Source: a virus
Lineage: Duplodnaviria > Caudoviricetes
Direction: 5' to 3' (one strand)
Length of the DNA stretch: 64,000 nt
IMG/VR virus record: IMGVR_UViG_3300010391_000174
Location: 773-64,772 of that record
Shown piece after piece: positions 10,401 to 20,503 of the stretch. The translations under genes were made by a program, and so were the position numbers. Within the stretch, counting starts at the first letter, position 1. Every line of letters begins with the position of its first letter. The notes beneath the pieces were generated by a model. The model did no database searches, was not told the origin of the DNA, and saw only the letters and a list, made by a program, of their open reading frames with translations.

Positions 10401-11960
10401 GACAAAATTATCGCCAAGAATAATAGCTTTATTTGTGGCATCATTATGATTTTTTTCTGCTTCTGTTGATGCAGTACGTAATAGTTCGAAAAATGTATCA
10501 ACATCATCCAATATGATTTTAAAAATATTATAAATAGTTGGTAGCATTCCCAATCTTTCTGCAACCAAACTATTGATTTTAGCTGCAAGATTTTTTGAAA
10601 TATTTAATTTTTCTTTATTTAATTGAATTTTTTGTTTATATATATTAACATAATAATCAGTAACATCAAGTCCAACATATTTTGTTGTTGCAGCACCTTT
10701 TTTATTATTTTGAATATCGTAGGAATTATCAAATTCAACTGTTGATGTTTGTGATTTTAACACTGCTTTATTTGCGCCAAGAATTTCACTTGTTCTATTT
10801 ACCAATTTATTTTGATAATCAATTAAACCAGAATTCATTATCTGTAATTTAACTGGGTCAGTTGAAAGGACAGGTCCTAAATTAAGTTTAACTGGAAATA
10901 CAACAATAAGTCTATCAACGATAGTTGCTGGTGCACCTTCTACTCCAAGTCCCTTTATTTTTTCATTATATTCAAATAAACCATGTAGTTGTGTTATAGT
11001 ATCTTCACCATCTTCTGTGACATCATCTTGTCTTAATATAAATGATTTTTTTGAAGTTTTTGTTATTAAATATGGCGTACCAATTTGTTTTAATACAATA
11101 TCTTCTTGATAGTTTGCTAAAATAGATATTATAGAATCAACACCATTTATGGTTTTTATTGTACTATCGTATTTTTTACTATCAATATCTGTTTTAATTT
11201 TATCTGCAACACCAGTATATAAATTTTTTAATTTTAGAATTAGTTGATAAGTATTTTGGGGTTTATTACTTGTTTCTGGTGATATATTATCGGCAGGTAT
11301 TATCAAAGGAGAATTAATGATATATCTAAGTAATATATCAGTAAGGGGAGCATATGTAACAGCTATGAATTGTGCGTCAATAATAAAATTTCCAGTATCT
11401 GATTGAAATTCTGAAGTATATTTTACCAAATGTAATTGATATGATAATGTTTTACCATAATATCCTTTGATAGATAATTCAAAAATTGGTGGTGGAAAGT
11501 CAAAAAGTATTCTATAGGGCGAACTTTCTTGATTAAAGAATGATAATCCTCTTATATCAATAAACTGTATATTAACTTGTGGTACAAATGAAGAATTTAT
11601 AACGACCTTAATGTTGTTTATACCAAAACTCTCGTATTGTGTGTAATTACCCGTACTACCATCATAATAATTTGTAGTAAATTTTAAATAATTCGGATTA
11701 TTATCATCTTGATTTTGATTTACACCCAATAAATTAACTTCTTTTGGCTTTTCGAAACCAGTTTTGAATACGCCCTGACTAACATTACCGTCATTTGTTG
11801 TTACAATAACAGTTCTACCTTTACTTTTTGCCTTCAATTCGGCAAATATATACATATCTTGATATTGTGGAATACCATTTACAAATGGAATTCCATTATT
11901 ATCAATTATTGTATTTATGTTAACACTATTAGGGTCAATTAGATTTACATTACTTGCCAT
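7440..11960 (-). CDS. Large baseplate hub protein (gp27/gpD-like)
   Basis: C-terminal ATITGLGNAMIQPTQYFQLENVPLFNGAYIILSVEHDI typical of hub proteins; late motif at 11977-11984. Confidence 0.65.
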   Translation of the reverse strand: MASNVNLIDPNSVNINTIIDNNGIPFVNGIPQYQDMYIFAELKAKSKGRTVIVTTNDGNVSQGVFKTGFEKPKEVNLLGVNQNQDDNNPNYLKFTTNYYDGSTGNYTQYESFGINNIKVVINSSFVPQVNIQFIDIRGLSFFNQESSPYRILFDFPPPIFELSIKGYYGKTLSYQLHLVKYTSEFQSDTGNFIIDAQFIAVTYAPLTDILLRYIINSPLIIPADNISPETSNKPQNTYQLILKLKNLYTGVADKIKTDIDSKKYDSTIKTINGVDSIISILANYQEDIVLKQIGTPYLITKTSKKSFILRQDDVTEDGEDTITQLHGLFEYNEKIKGLGVEGAPATIVDRLIVVFPVKLNLGPVLSTDPVKLQIMNSGLIDYQNKLVNRTSEILGANKAVLKSQTSTVEFDNSYDIQNNKKGAATTKYVGLDVTDYYVNIYKQKIQLNKEKLNISKNLAAKINSLVAERLGMLPTIYNIFKIILDDVDTFFELLRTASTEAEKNHNDATNKAIILGDNFVDFRDGIENKIYAFPLIVDREKVVSGGNKEERIAPIELSKRTPFPEIQFINDFVDTFFTQQRWEKLSDMRNAENADGSREWLPISPFDSTLGTDDSKSPYIDVDTTTGSVNTSQDSKLSQILKIVLQRFYVLSQNSIPNSFYNTINGKRDGADKAYIKLYAESEAVNLASSINNTTYGNNLKTFAENNKDNVDKFYRELNNNAGKFYDFDDDAIESISVSDTKRAYVDKYNPEYEGLNIYEQPIVKQTIEASSDKPVDKFKSNVQKGFFAEIFAGRFKEIYYEFTKENIQYVEDIQIDKKGNETNDNVNDNDGNNLITRFLINLNPNYNLSITNLLSGGNKVFGDAFGRDVQNLAKFQNIVGTWSNQLSKLYGDNPQQYFDDIIYNEIIAAPSKLSALFILSCFGHATGFFNQFPNNLNKLIFSIPAAIQVPKFLPLYFGALIDAKENNWINDVINFFHSGTGKLFNDIYMLIFADYSDVNKYLSVKDKQLLQQAFSDYYANGADSGDYYILLSRFQTLYNDVKNSDENKSKVYEKFLNPKTDEQGIHYKGILQPLIERTNIIVFSQNTFKMTDVYPVGYVSLKSLNAVNTNKAVNDEYFKIFLSKLYGEIVSKENEVKKQEEEDNKKKADNDIITQTYYSFKNINDKWISGPTVIGIHGYPFNVAGKALIDSFVFVDRAMNPIGDTILNAELLIQLFDDPNVTVFSALSQLLSLNGFEFFPLQNFIVGKESWKDAFRIDTSGKIDKRPAFVCMYIGGTSSYPTNVGNGFTDDGIVDLGNTNAKDFTTQPCPPNQDDDNQVVNNQDFPYRDVRAFRVRFGEQNQSMFSSIKIDSKEYPETNESIQILSRLAGDNKEYSPVPKGQNLYNLYENRSYKATITGLGNAMIQPTQYFQLENVPLFNGAYIILSVEHDISANKMTTSFSGTKIMRYPVPRVKSPIAFIGFDGGESDETNISAMSSGQLVAAADIIDTEKKVQYISMYNFNIQ

Positions 11961-12054
11961 TCTATTGATTTTAAATATAAATACCTCTCAATGTAAAATG
12001 TAAAATTAATGGGTCTAATCAACATATTTAAACTATTTATTAGAAAGTAAAAAA

Positions 12055-12552
12055 ATGATATTATTACAAACATTATTAACCATTAACTATCCTATTTGGC
12101 AAAATGTATTCTTTTATTTATTTATTGGATTGGCAATCCTTACAATGATTGCTGCTCTTATAATTACAAAAAGAATAGCTAAAAAAATTACAGAAGTGAA
12201 AATAATGCAACAACAACATGCTGCAAAGATAGACTTAATAAGAAAAGAACATTCAGAGATATCAGAAATAATAAGATTGGAAATGCTCAAACGTGAGGAT
12301 GAAAGAATTCATCAATGGATTGAATCTGAAAAAGAAACATTACATGTTTTGAATGGTGTTTCAACATTATTGGATTTGAACGAAAAAGTTGGTAGAGTAG
12401 ACTCCAATAAAATTATGAAAAAACTTGATGAGATTCATGAAAAAGTGGAAAATTTAACTGATTTTAATGAAGTATTGGCGATAATTAAAGAAAGGGTTGA
12501 AATATTATCGGTAATTAAAGAAAATATTGAAAAATTAACAAAATCTGAATAA
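12055..12552 (+). CDS. Membrane-anchored coiled-coil protein (possible lysis accessory)
   Basis: N-terminal TM helix (VFFYLFIGLAILTMIAALII) then coiled coil. Confidence 0.6.
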   Translation: MILLQTLLTINYPIWQNVFFYLFIGLAILTMIAALIITKRIAKKITEVKIMQQQHAAKIDLIRKEHSEISEIIRLEMLKREDERIHQWIESEKETLHVLNGVSTLLDLNEKVGRVDSNKIMKKLDEIHEKVENLTDFNEVLAIIKERVEILSVIKENIEKLTKSE

Positions 12553-12564
12553 TTTTTAAGCCTT

Positions 12565-12720
12565 ATGATAAAAATGAAAAAACTTAAGGAAGTTAATTCA
12601 ATGCTTAATAATGTATTAAATAAATTAGAAACTCAAATGTTTATCGAAAATATTAATGACATTAAAGACAAGAAGATTAGTGAAGAAAAGCCAGAACACA
12701 TTGTTGAGATAAAACAATAA
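12565..12720 (+). CDS. Small hypothetical protein (51 aa, not in track)
   Basis: MIKMKKLKEVNSMLNNVLNKLETQMF... fills intergenic gap. Confidence 0.45.
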   Translation: MIKMKKLKEVNSMLNNVLNKLETQMFIENINDIKDKKISEEKPEHIVEIKQ

Positions 12721-12751
12721 TTAACACTATTTATATAAAAGATAATATATT

Positions 12752-14656
12752 ATGAGTAAGATATTACAAGCGGGCGAAACTGGATTTGGAATTCTGATAG
12801 AATCAGATGCTGGCTATATAAACACTGAAATCAATAAAGATATTCTCAATGAGAATTTCGAATTAAAACCAAATGAACCCGTATTAGTTAATTGTATTTT
12901 ACAGAAATGGGGAGTAAAAAATAAAAATGGTCGCATCTATCCCAAAGATGTATTAGTACCACAAGTTAATGAATATCAACAATTAGTTAGTACCAATAGT
13001 GCTGTATCAGAAGCAGACCATCCTGACTGTGTAAATGCTTCCGAATCAATGATTTGTACAAAAAATGGTTGGAAATGGTTTAATGATATTTCAAATAATG
13101 AAGAAATATTAACACTTAATACCATTACAAATCAAATTGAACCACAAAAAATTGATAAGAAAATTTATTTAGATTATAAAGGTAAAATGTATAAATTTTC
13201 TGGTCAAAATATTGATTTAACAGTAACTGGTAATCATAGGTTTTTGCTTGAAAATAGAATGGGTAGGAGAGAATATTATTTTGCAAAAGATATTTTTGAA
13301 AACAAATATAATATTTTTTCTTCTGGTCAGTATAAATTATTAAAAACGGGTAAGTGGATTGGTCAATATGATAAGTATTTTATGTTAAATGGTGTTGAGC
13401 AAAATATTTTTAGTTTTAATATGAAACATGATTTAATTGAAAAATATAAACAACCAATTAATATAAAATCTGAAGATTGGTTTGCATTCATGGGAATATA
13501 TTTAGCAGAAGGACATTGTGGTGGCACAAAGTCTAATCAATATAAATTAAAGGGATATGATGTAGTTATTACGCAAAAAAATGAAGAAAAAAAGAAAATT
13601 ATTATAAACCTATTAAATAAATTGCCTTTTAATTATTGGATTGATGAACATGATGATGGAAAATACCAATATCATATAGCAGATGCAAGATTATATAATT
13701 ATTTGTTTCCATTGGGATATTCACATAATAAATATATTCCAATTGAATTAAAGCAAGCATCTTTTGATTTATTAAAAATATTGTTCAAGTGGTTTGAATT
13801 AGGTGATGGAAGATTAGTAAAAAATAAAATAACTGGTAAAATACATAAAGAATCAGTTTTCTCAACATCAAAACAATTAATTGAAGACTTGCATGAAGTT
13901 TTAATTAAAATTGGTGGTTGCGGTAATATTAATACTTATCAACCAAAAGACAGAGAAATTATTGACCATAAAATGTTAAAAAAAGAAATGGTTCTTTCAG
14001 ATGGAACTGTTGAATATATTAATGAAACTATTAATAATAAAAGATTAATTAAATCTGAAAATAGTCATATTCAATATAATTTAAATATTTCAAGAACAAA
14101 AAACATTTATTTGGATAAAAGAAGTATAAAAATAACTGAGATTGATTTTAATGGTGATATTGCTTGTGTTAGAGTTAAAAACGGTAACTTTTTAGTTAAA
14201 GTAAATGGCAAGTCACATTGGACAGGTAATTCAAGTATTATTTCGTTACAGAATATCTCACATATGATTACAAAAATGTGGTGGGGTAAAGGCACAGAAG
14301 AAAATGTATTGTTTGGACAACTTAAAATAATTGTATCACCGGGATACATTAAATATGGTGTTGTTTCAGTTGTAGGCGATAAAATTGTTCTTTATTTACA
14401 AAATAAAATAAAGATGGGCGTTTCTTCTCGTGGTGTTGGTACACTTAAAGAAATTAATGGTGAAAATCTTGTTCAAAATGATTTTGAACTTATTGGTTTT
14501 GACTTAGTTGCTACTCCAAGTACTCCGGGTGCTTATTTGTTTCCAGATAAGCAAAGTAGTGTGGGTTTTGAAGAAAACTATGTAAATAAAAATGGTATAT
14601 ATCTTAAAGAAGAGGATAACAAGCTATTAACAGCTTTAAATAAATTTTTACTTTAA
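12752..14656 (+). CDS. Prohead protease (T4 gp21-like) containing an intein
   Basis: NKNGRIYP, EADHP, GVSSRGVG, FDLVATPSTPGA motifs. Confidence 0.92.
   Translation: MSKILQAGETGFGILIESDAGYINTEINKDILNENFELKPNEPVLVNCILQKWGVKNKNGRIYPKDVLVPQVNEYQQLVSTNSAVSEADHPDCVNASESMICTKNGWKWFNDISNNEEILTLNTITNQIEPQKIDKKIYLDYKGKMYKFSGQNIDLTVTGNHRFLLENRMGRREYYFAKDIFENKYNIFSSGQYKLLKTGKWIGQYDKYFMLNGVEQNIFSFNMKHDLIEKYKQPINIKSEDWFAFMGIYLAEGHCGGTKSNQYKLKGYDVVITQKNEEKKKIIINLLNKLPFNYWIDEHDDGKYQYHIADARLYNYLFPLGYSHNKYIPIELKQASFDLLKILFKWFELGDGRLVKNKITGKIHKESVFSTSKQLIEDLHEVLIKIGGCGNINTYQPKDREIIDHKMLKKEMVLSDGTVEYINETINNKRLIKSENSHIQYNLNISRTKNIYLDKRSIKITEIDFNGDIACVRVKNGNFLVKVNGKSHWTGNSSIISLQNISHMITKMWWGKGTEENVLFGQLKIIVSPGYIKYGVVSVVGDKIVLYLQNKIKMGVSSRGVGTLKEINGENLVQNDFELIGFDLVATPSTPGAYLFPDKQSSVGFEENYVNKNGIYLKEEDNKLLTALNKFLL
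13028..14230 (+). mobile_element. Intein (401 aa) with LAGLIDADG-type endonuclease domain
   Basis: Starts C (HPD|CVNAS), block B VTGNHRF, FMGIYLAEG and FELGDG motifs, ends WTGN followed by Ser. Confidence 0.9.
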
Positions 14657-14776
14657 GATGGTGAAATATAAGTATAATAATTGAGAATAGCAAGATTTTT
14701 GGTAAAAAATATACTTTTTTGTAAAGATTATGTATTTATATAAAAATTATAGTATTAGATACTATTTGTTAACAAC

Positions 14777-16369
14777 ATGAAAGACGATAAAAAATCATCG
14801 ATAATTAAAGAAGCTTTAACTGATTATAATGCAATCATGGAAGCTGCAGATACTAATGCTAAAAATAAATTAGCGGAAGAATTTCCTGAAAAGTTTAAGG
14901 ACTTATTAAAAGAAGAATTAGAAAATAAAAATAAATCAAAAAAAGAATCCTACAAAAAATTGGATGAAAGTAAAGAATCTGAAAAGTCAGATGATGTTGA
15001 ATCAAATAAAGAATCTGTTATGAAGAATCAAACTAAAGAGACCAAAAAGGTCGTAAAAGAAAATGCTGGAGAAGGTAAACCCTTCGATGAAAAAGCAAAA
15101 GAAGTGGCTAAAGTAGAAGAAGATGTTAAAATCACTGATACTGTTGGTAAAGGTGACCCATTTAAAGAAAAGGCAAAAAATGTCCAAAAAGTTGAAGAAA
15201 CTGCTGGCGATGGTAAACCATTTGGCGAAAAGGCAAAAAAACCACTTCAAACCGAAGAATTTGATGTAACAGAACTCGATGTGAATAGTGTGGGTTCTGC
15301 TTTGGAAAATGCTGACCAAGAAGATGAAGTCATTACAATGGACGAAATCGAAAACGAAATTGCTAACATGGAAAATTTAGGTGAAGAATTAGAAGGAATT
15401 GAATCTTCCTCACCTTCATACATGGAAAAAGGCAATAAAGGTATAGCATTTGACCAACTTGTTAATATGAGAAATCAAATTGATGAAATGATTAAGGGTA
15501 TGGGTAATGTTGAGGAAATGCATCAGGCAGGTCAGGAAACATTTGGTGGTACAGCACAAGTTGCTGGATTGCATAATGACGGTCCTACTGATAAGCTTAT
15601 TGACGAAAAACCAGTTGAAGAAATGCATCAAGGCAATTTCCCTCTCGATAAAATGCATCAAGGTAATTATGATAACAAGTTAATTGACGAAGAAAATCCG
15701 GTTACTGATATTACTGATGCTGATATTGAAGCAGTATTGGGTGCTGAAAAACCAGTTGAAGAAACTCATGGTGTAGATTATGCTAAGAGACGTAATGTAA
15801 CTGGTAGACATTTACCACAGGCTGAATATTTAAGCCAAGGTGAATTAGACCAATCACCTGAATGGGTTCAAGAAGCAAAGAAAAAACTTGGTGGTTTAAT
15901 CGAAGAAAACAAAAAGTTAACTAAGAAAGTAAACGAAACTAAGAAATTCAGAGAATCGATGACAACTTTAGTTGAAAGCTACAAGTCCGCACTTGAAAAA
16001 TATCGCAATCAATTGAAAGAAATGGCAATATTCAATACCAATTTGGCACATGTAAATAACCTTTTGGTAAATGAAGAATTGGCATTAACTCAAGAAGATA
16101 AAATTAAAATTATCAACGAATTTAAAAAAGTTGATAGCATTACTACATCACAGAATAAGTATAAAGCATTCTTATCAGAAATGAAAGAAGGCAAAAAAAC
16201 TTTAACCGAAGCTATTGAGACTAAAGTAGGTGCTTCTATACAGCCGTCTTCAAAGCAAAAACTTGATGAAGTAGTTGAAAAAACTGCCTACGAAAATGAT
16301 GAGCATATTAAAAGAATGAAAAAGCTTATTGAATACGTAGAACATAGAGGCAAAAAAAATAATCTTTAA
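14777..16369 (+). CDS. Prohead core/scaffold protein
   Basis: Acidic coiled-coil protein between protease and capsid; GxGKPFxEKAK and EEMHQ repeats. Confidence 0.75.
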   Translation: MKDDKKSSIIKEALTDYNAIMEAADTNAKNKLAEEFPEKFKDLLKEELENKNKSKKESYKKLDESKESEKSDDVESNKESVMKNQTKETKKVVKENAGEGKPFDEKAKEVAKVEEDVKITDTVGKGDPFKEKAKNVQKVEETAGDGKPFGEKAKKPLQTEEFDVTELDVNSVGSALENADQEDEVITMDEIENEIANMENLGEELEGIESSSPSYMEKGNKGIAFDQLVNMRNQIDEMIKGMGNVEEMHQAGQETFGGTAQVAGLHNDGPTDKLIDEKPVEEMHQGNFPLDKMHQGNYDNKLIDEENPVTDITDADIEAVLGAEKPVEETHGVDYAKRRNVTGRHLPQAEYLSQGELDQSPEWVQEAKKKLGGLIEENKKLTKKVNETKKFRESMTTLVESYKSALEKYRNQLKEMAIFNTNLAHVNNLLVNEELALTQEDKIKIINEFKKVDSITTSQNKYKAFLSEMKEGKKTLTEAIETKVGASIQPSSKQKLDEVVEKTAYENDEHIKRMKKLIEYVEHRGKKNNL

Positions 16370-16388
16370 AATTTAAAAAAACAATAAT

Positions 16389-18053
16389 ATGGGATTTTTA
16401 ATGGAAAGTGCCGAAGTTGGTAATATTGGATTAAAACAACTTCGTGAACAAAGAGAGATTACTACAAACAGATGGGAAAAAATCGGTTTGTTAGAAGGTC
16501 TTGAAGGTAATGTAAAAGAAAACTGCGCACAGTTATTCGAAAACCAATTGTCCTACATGATTAACGAATCGTCAGATTCTTCTTCAAGTGGTCAATTTGA
16601 AACAGTTGCATTCCCCGTAATTCGTAGAGTATTTGCTAAACTTTTGGCAAATGACATCGTGTCTGTACAGGCACTGAACTTACCGATTGGTAAATTGTAC
16701 TACATCAATCCAAAAACAAGCGTTAGAGTTAATGAAAATGTAAATCAATATGAACATACATCACCTGATGGTGCATATGGAAATGCTGCATCAAAAGCTC
16801 TTTCAGCAAGAACACAATTTGAAACACGTTCATTATATGATGCATTCTATGCAACTGAATACAATCAGGAAGGTACATCATTATTTGACCGTTCAAAAGG
16901 TGAAATTACTATTGTAACTGGTACTACACTTATCGTAAGTGGTGTTCCGGGTGTTGATAAATTCATTGTAGTAGCAATTACTGGATTTACTTCAACAAAC
17001 GAAGGTAAATTGATTGGTCCTGCTGGTGTTCCGGTAGACACTGAATCATTCCTTGCTGGTTTGAGAATTTATTCTGATAGCAGTTTTACTGCTTATGTTG
17101 CTGCTGACAGCATTGCTGCTGGTGCTCAACTTCCTTTCAATGTAAAGGTTCAGAAATACGGACAAGCAATTGTTGACAATACTGGTAGAATTACTCTTAT
17201 TGTTGATTTACAGTCTCCTGCTCCTAATGGCTACGATGCTATGACTGGTTCGAGTGCTGCTACTTTCAACTATGCATACAGAGTATATTCAGACCTTGAA
17301 GAAGACTCACAGATGGCAGAAGTAACTTTCGTACTTGACCAAGTTACAGTATCCGTAGAAACACGTAAAATGCGTGCTATGTGGACACCTGAATTGGCAC
17401 AGGACGTTAGTGCATTCCATAACATCGATGCAGAAGCTGAATTGACTGCTTTATTGTCAGAACAAATGGCTGCAGAAATCGACCGTGAAATTCTTCGTGA
17501 CCTTAGACGTGGTGCTGCTTGGACTGCTCGTTGGGACTATAATGGTCTTCGTAAACAAAGCAATACTTACTACGGTGTACAGAAAGACTGGAATCAGACT
17601 TTGGTAACAAAGATTAACCAGATTTCTGCTCAAATCCACAAAGCTACTCTTCGTGGTGGTGCTTCATGGGTAGTTGTATCTCCTGAAGTTAGTGCTGTAT
17701 TCGATGACCTTGAATATTTCCATGTAAGTAATGCTGCTCCTGAACAGGATAAGTATAACATGGGTATTGAAAAAATCGGTACATTGGGTGGTCGTTATAT
17801 TGTATATCGTGACCCTTATGCACCAGCTAACACAGTGTTAATTGGTCATAAAGGAACAAGTATTCTCGAAACCGGTTACATATACGCTCCCTACGTTCCA
17901 ATGCAGTTAACTCCTGTAATGTATAATCCATTCGACTTTACTCCGATTCGTGGTATCATGACTCGTTACGCAAAGAAAATGGTTCTTAACCGTTACTTCG
18001 GTAGAATTTTCTGCGATGGTTTAACAACTTTCGGAATTGGTGATTTGAGATAA
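16389..18053 (+). CDS. Major capsid protein (T4 gp23-like)
   Basis: FPVIRRVF, VSVQAL, WTPELAQD, EIDREI, GYIYAPYVP, GIMTRY motifs; strong codon bias. Confidence 0.97.
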   Translation: MGFLMESAEVGNIGLKQLREQREITTNRWEKIGLLEGLEGNVKENCAQLFENQLSYMINESSDSSSSGQFETVAFPVIRRVFAKLLANDIVSVQALNLPIGKLYYINPKTSVRVNENVNQYEHTSPDGAYGNAASKALSARTQFETRSLYDAFYATEYNQEGTSLFDRSKGEITIVTGTTLIVSGVPGVDKFIVVAITGFTSTNEGKLIGPAGVPVDTESFLAGLRIYSDSSFTAYVAADSIAAGAQLPFNVKVQKYGQAIVDNTGRITLIVDLQSPAPNGYDAMTGSSAATFNYAYRVYSDLEEDSQMAEVTFVLDQVTVSVETRKMRAMWTPELAQDVSAFHNIDAEAELTALLSEQMAAEIDREILRDLRRGAAWTARWDYNGLRKQSNTYYGVQKDWNQTLVTKINQISAQIHKATLRGGASWVVVSPEVSAVFDDLEYFHVSNAAPEQDKYNMGIEKIGTLGGRYIVYRDPYAPANTVLIGHKGTSILETGYIYAPYVPMQLTPVMYNPFDFTPIRGIMTRYAKKMVLNRYFGRIFCDGLTTFGIGDLR

Positions 18054-18068
18054 TCATAAATAATTAAT

Positions 18069-18099
18069 AAAAAAGGGTTGGTAATTCCAACCCTTTTTT
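18069..18099 (+). terminator. Rho-independent terminator after capsid gene
   Basis: aaaaagggttgg taatt ccaacccttttt. Confidence 0.85.
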
Positions 18100-18100
18100 A

Positions 18101-18108
18101 TATATTTG
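18101..18108 (+). promoter_or_regulatory. Bacteroidota-type -7 box TAnnTTTG (also minus 22444, 30711, 44255; plus 56031, 59956)
   Basis: TATATTTG/TATGTTTG/TAACTTTG just upstream of non-structural gene starts. Confidence 0.65.
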
Positions 18109-18140
18109 TCGTGCATTAACATATATGTTCTATAATAAGA

Positions 18141-18503
18141 ATGAAAAATTTAATTAAAGTAATAATTGATTGTTTAAGTGATGATTTATTAAAAAAAGAA
18201 TATAAATCATTAAATAATGATAATAAATTATATGGACATTGTTATGTTGCAACTGAAGCGTTATATCATTTAATGGATGATGAAACTAAATATAAATATA
18301 CACCAGCAATATTAAAAGTTAATGATGTTGTTCATTGGTTTTTAAAAGAAAAAAAAACCGGAAATATTATCGATATAACAAAAGAACAGTTTGATTTTGA
18401 ATTGGATTATTCTAAATCAAGAAATTGTTTTTTTCTTACCAAAAATCCATCTAAAAGAACATTAATTTTAATTAATAGAATATATGAAAAAAATTGTTAT
18501 TAA
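18141..18503 (+). CDS. Small papain/transglutaminase-fold protein (YunG-like)
   Basis: GHCYVATEAL...HWFL...IDITKEQF Cys-His-Asp pattern. Confidence 0.55.
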   Translation: MKNLIKVIIDCLSDDLLKKEYKSLNNDNKLYGHCYVATEALYHLMDDETKYKYTPAILKVNDVVHWFLKEKKTGNIIDITKEQFDFELDYSKSRNCFFLTKNPSKRTLILINRIYEKNCY

Positions 18504-19977
18504 TAAAACTATTATTCTTTTTTTAAATATTAATGATATGATATCATTAAAACAAAATGAATTAAAAAAAATAAAGGAACAATATTTATTAGAATATGAT
18601 AATTGTATTATATATAATTATTATAATTTAAAAAATCATAAATCATTGATAAGAGATAAGATTAATAAACTTAAATTTATAAATCAAATAAGAATTAATG
18701 CAAGAGATTGTATTATTAAAATAATAAATAATATTGAAAAAAACAATTTTCTTAATATGTATCACATTCAAGGTACTGATAAATCTCAAATACTTTATGG
18801 TGCATTTCATAATGAAATATTAATTGCTGTAATGACATTTGATAATGTAAAAGGTATGAATGGTGGAATAAAAAATAACGAATTTGATATGTCGAGATTT
18901 TCTGTAAAATCTGGACATATTGTTGTTGGGATATTTAATAAAATATTAAAGAAATTTATAAATGATTATAAACCAAGTAAAATAATATCATTCGGTGATT
19001 TGAATTTTATGAATCGAGATAATAATATATACGAGAATAATAGTTTTAAAATTATAAAAAATATACAACCAGATTTTAAAATATTAATAATAAATCGAAA
19101 TGAATTATATCATAAATTTACGTATGGTTATAAATTTTTTAAGAATAAAAATATTAATATTGAAACAAAAAACAATATAAAAAATAATTCATTTCGTGTT
19201 TGGAATTGTGGTAAATTAAAATTTGAATTATATATTAATGATGGTAATGTTGTTTTTGGTTTTGTATATGTGATAGTAAACAAAATAAATAATAAAAAAT
19301 ATATTGGACAAACCAGTAGATGTCTTACTAAAAGAATATATGAATATAAAGCAGCTCTTAAATATAATAAATTTTATAATCAACATTTATTGAATGCGTT
19401 TAATAAATATGGTTGGGATAGTTTTGAATTTAAAATTATAGATACTGCACAAACAATTGATGAATTAAATAATAAAGAAATTAAATATATTAACGAATAT
19501 AAAACAACTGATAAGGAAATTGGATATAATATTGAATCTGGTGGTAAAAATGCAATTCCTGATATCGAGACATTAAATAGAATGTCAAAATCTCATTTAG
19601 GTATTAAACAAACAGACAATTGGATTGATAAAAGAATTTCAAAGGCTGGAACAGAAGAGGCCAAGAAATATGGTAAAGCAAAAACCGAAGAAGAAAAATA
19701 TACACTAAGTATTAAATCGCCAAAATATTGGCAAGGTAAACAAAGAGATGATAAGACTAAAGAAAAAATTAGCAAAACAAAAAAAGAAACGGGTTTATCT
19801 TCAAAACAAAAAGAAATATTATGTAAAAAAGTATATAGGGTCAATACAATAACAAATCAAATTCTTGAATTTGAATCAACAGCACATGCGTCTAAAATAG
19901 AAAATGTTAATCAATCAACAATATCAAGGTGGTGTAGTAAAAATAAAATAATTGGGGATATTCTTTGGAGATATTAA
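18484..19977 (+). CDS. GNAT/Mom-like domain fused to GIY-YIG endonuclease with NUMOD repeats
   Basis: N-half ARDC..FLNMYHIQG..VMTF..SRF..VWNCG; C-half GFVYVIVNKINNKKYIGQT, GYNIESGG. Confidence 0.75.
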   Translation: MKKIVINKTIILFLNINDMISLKQNELKKIKEQYLLEYDNCIIYNYYNLKNHKSLIRDKINKLKFINQIRINARDCIIKIINNIEKNNFLNMYHIQGTDKSQILYGAFHNEILIAVMTFDNVKGMNGGIKNNEFDMSRFSVKSGHIVVGIFNKILKKFINDYKPSKIISFGDLNFMNRDNNIYENNSFKIIKNIQPDFKILIINRNELYHKFTYGYKFFKNKNINIETKNNIKNNSFRVWNCGKLKFELYINDGNVVFGFVYVIVNKINNKKYIGQTSRCLTKRIYEYKAALKYNKFYNQHLLNAFNKYGWDSFEFKIIDTAQTIDELNNKEIKYINEYKTTDKEIGYNIESGGKNAIPDIETLNRMSKSHLGIKQTDNWIDKRISKAGTEEAKKYGKAKTEEEKYTLSIKSPKYWQGKQRDDKTKEKISKTKKETGLSSKQKEILCKKVYRVNTITNQILEFESTAHASKIENVNQSTISRWCSKNKIIGDILWRY

Positions 19978-20306
19978 TCCTCAGTGGATTCTTCTTTGAT
20001 TTCAATTAATTTTATTAATGTGAATCCTTCTGCAATATTTTCATATGCATCAAGTCTTCTTTTCATTTCATCATAAACATGAAGTAATATATCTTGAATC
20101 TTTTCTGCATCAATCAGAATAATATCGTTTATTATATGTTCAGATGGGTTTTCGACAAATAATCGTTGATTTCTTTCACTAAAATCAATCCATTCTTTAT
20201 TATGTGGTTTATATTGTCCAATAAACACTAATTGGTCATTTAATGGGTCAAATCTAACAATAATTCGTTGATTTGGTTTTTTTTCGATTTTAACTATCCA
20301 TTCCAT
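19974..20306 (-). CDS. Hypothetical protein
   Basis: 110-aa ORF. Confidence 0.6.
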   Translation of the reverse strand: MEWIVKIEKKPNQRIIVRFDPLNDQLVFIGQYKPHNKEWIDFSERNQRLFVENPSEHIINDIILIDAEKIQDILLHVYDEMKRRLDAYENIAEGFTLIKLIEIKEESTED

Positions 20307-20503
20307 ATATTTACTTTATTTATTAATTTCTCATATTCTTCGTAATCAAAACCTTTTAAATTTCGAATATCTTCAATCATATCCCTTGTCCATATCATTT
20401 GATATGCTTCATGTCTACGGGGAATAGAAAAAGACCAACCAACAAATGAATCATCAAATATTATAATATCACCGTTAATTTGATATTGCACAATCTTGCA
20501 CAT
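20294..20503 (-). CDS. Small ORF with capsid-like WTxD/E segment; 5' end overlaps the TnpB end
   Basis: IWTRDMIEDIRNLKGFD resembles MCP MWTPELAQDVSAFHNID. Confidence 0.45.
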   Translation of the reverse strand: MCKIVQYQINGDIIIFDDSFVGWSFSIPRRHEAYQMIWTRDMIEDIRNLKGFDYEEYEKLINKVNIWNG

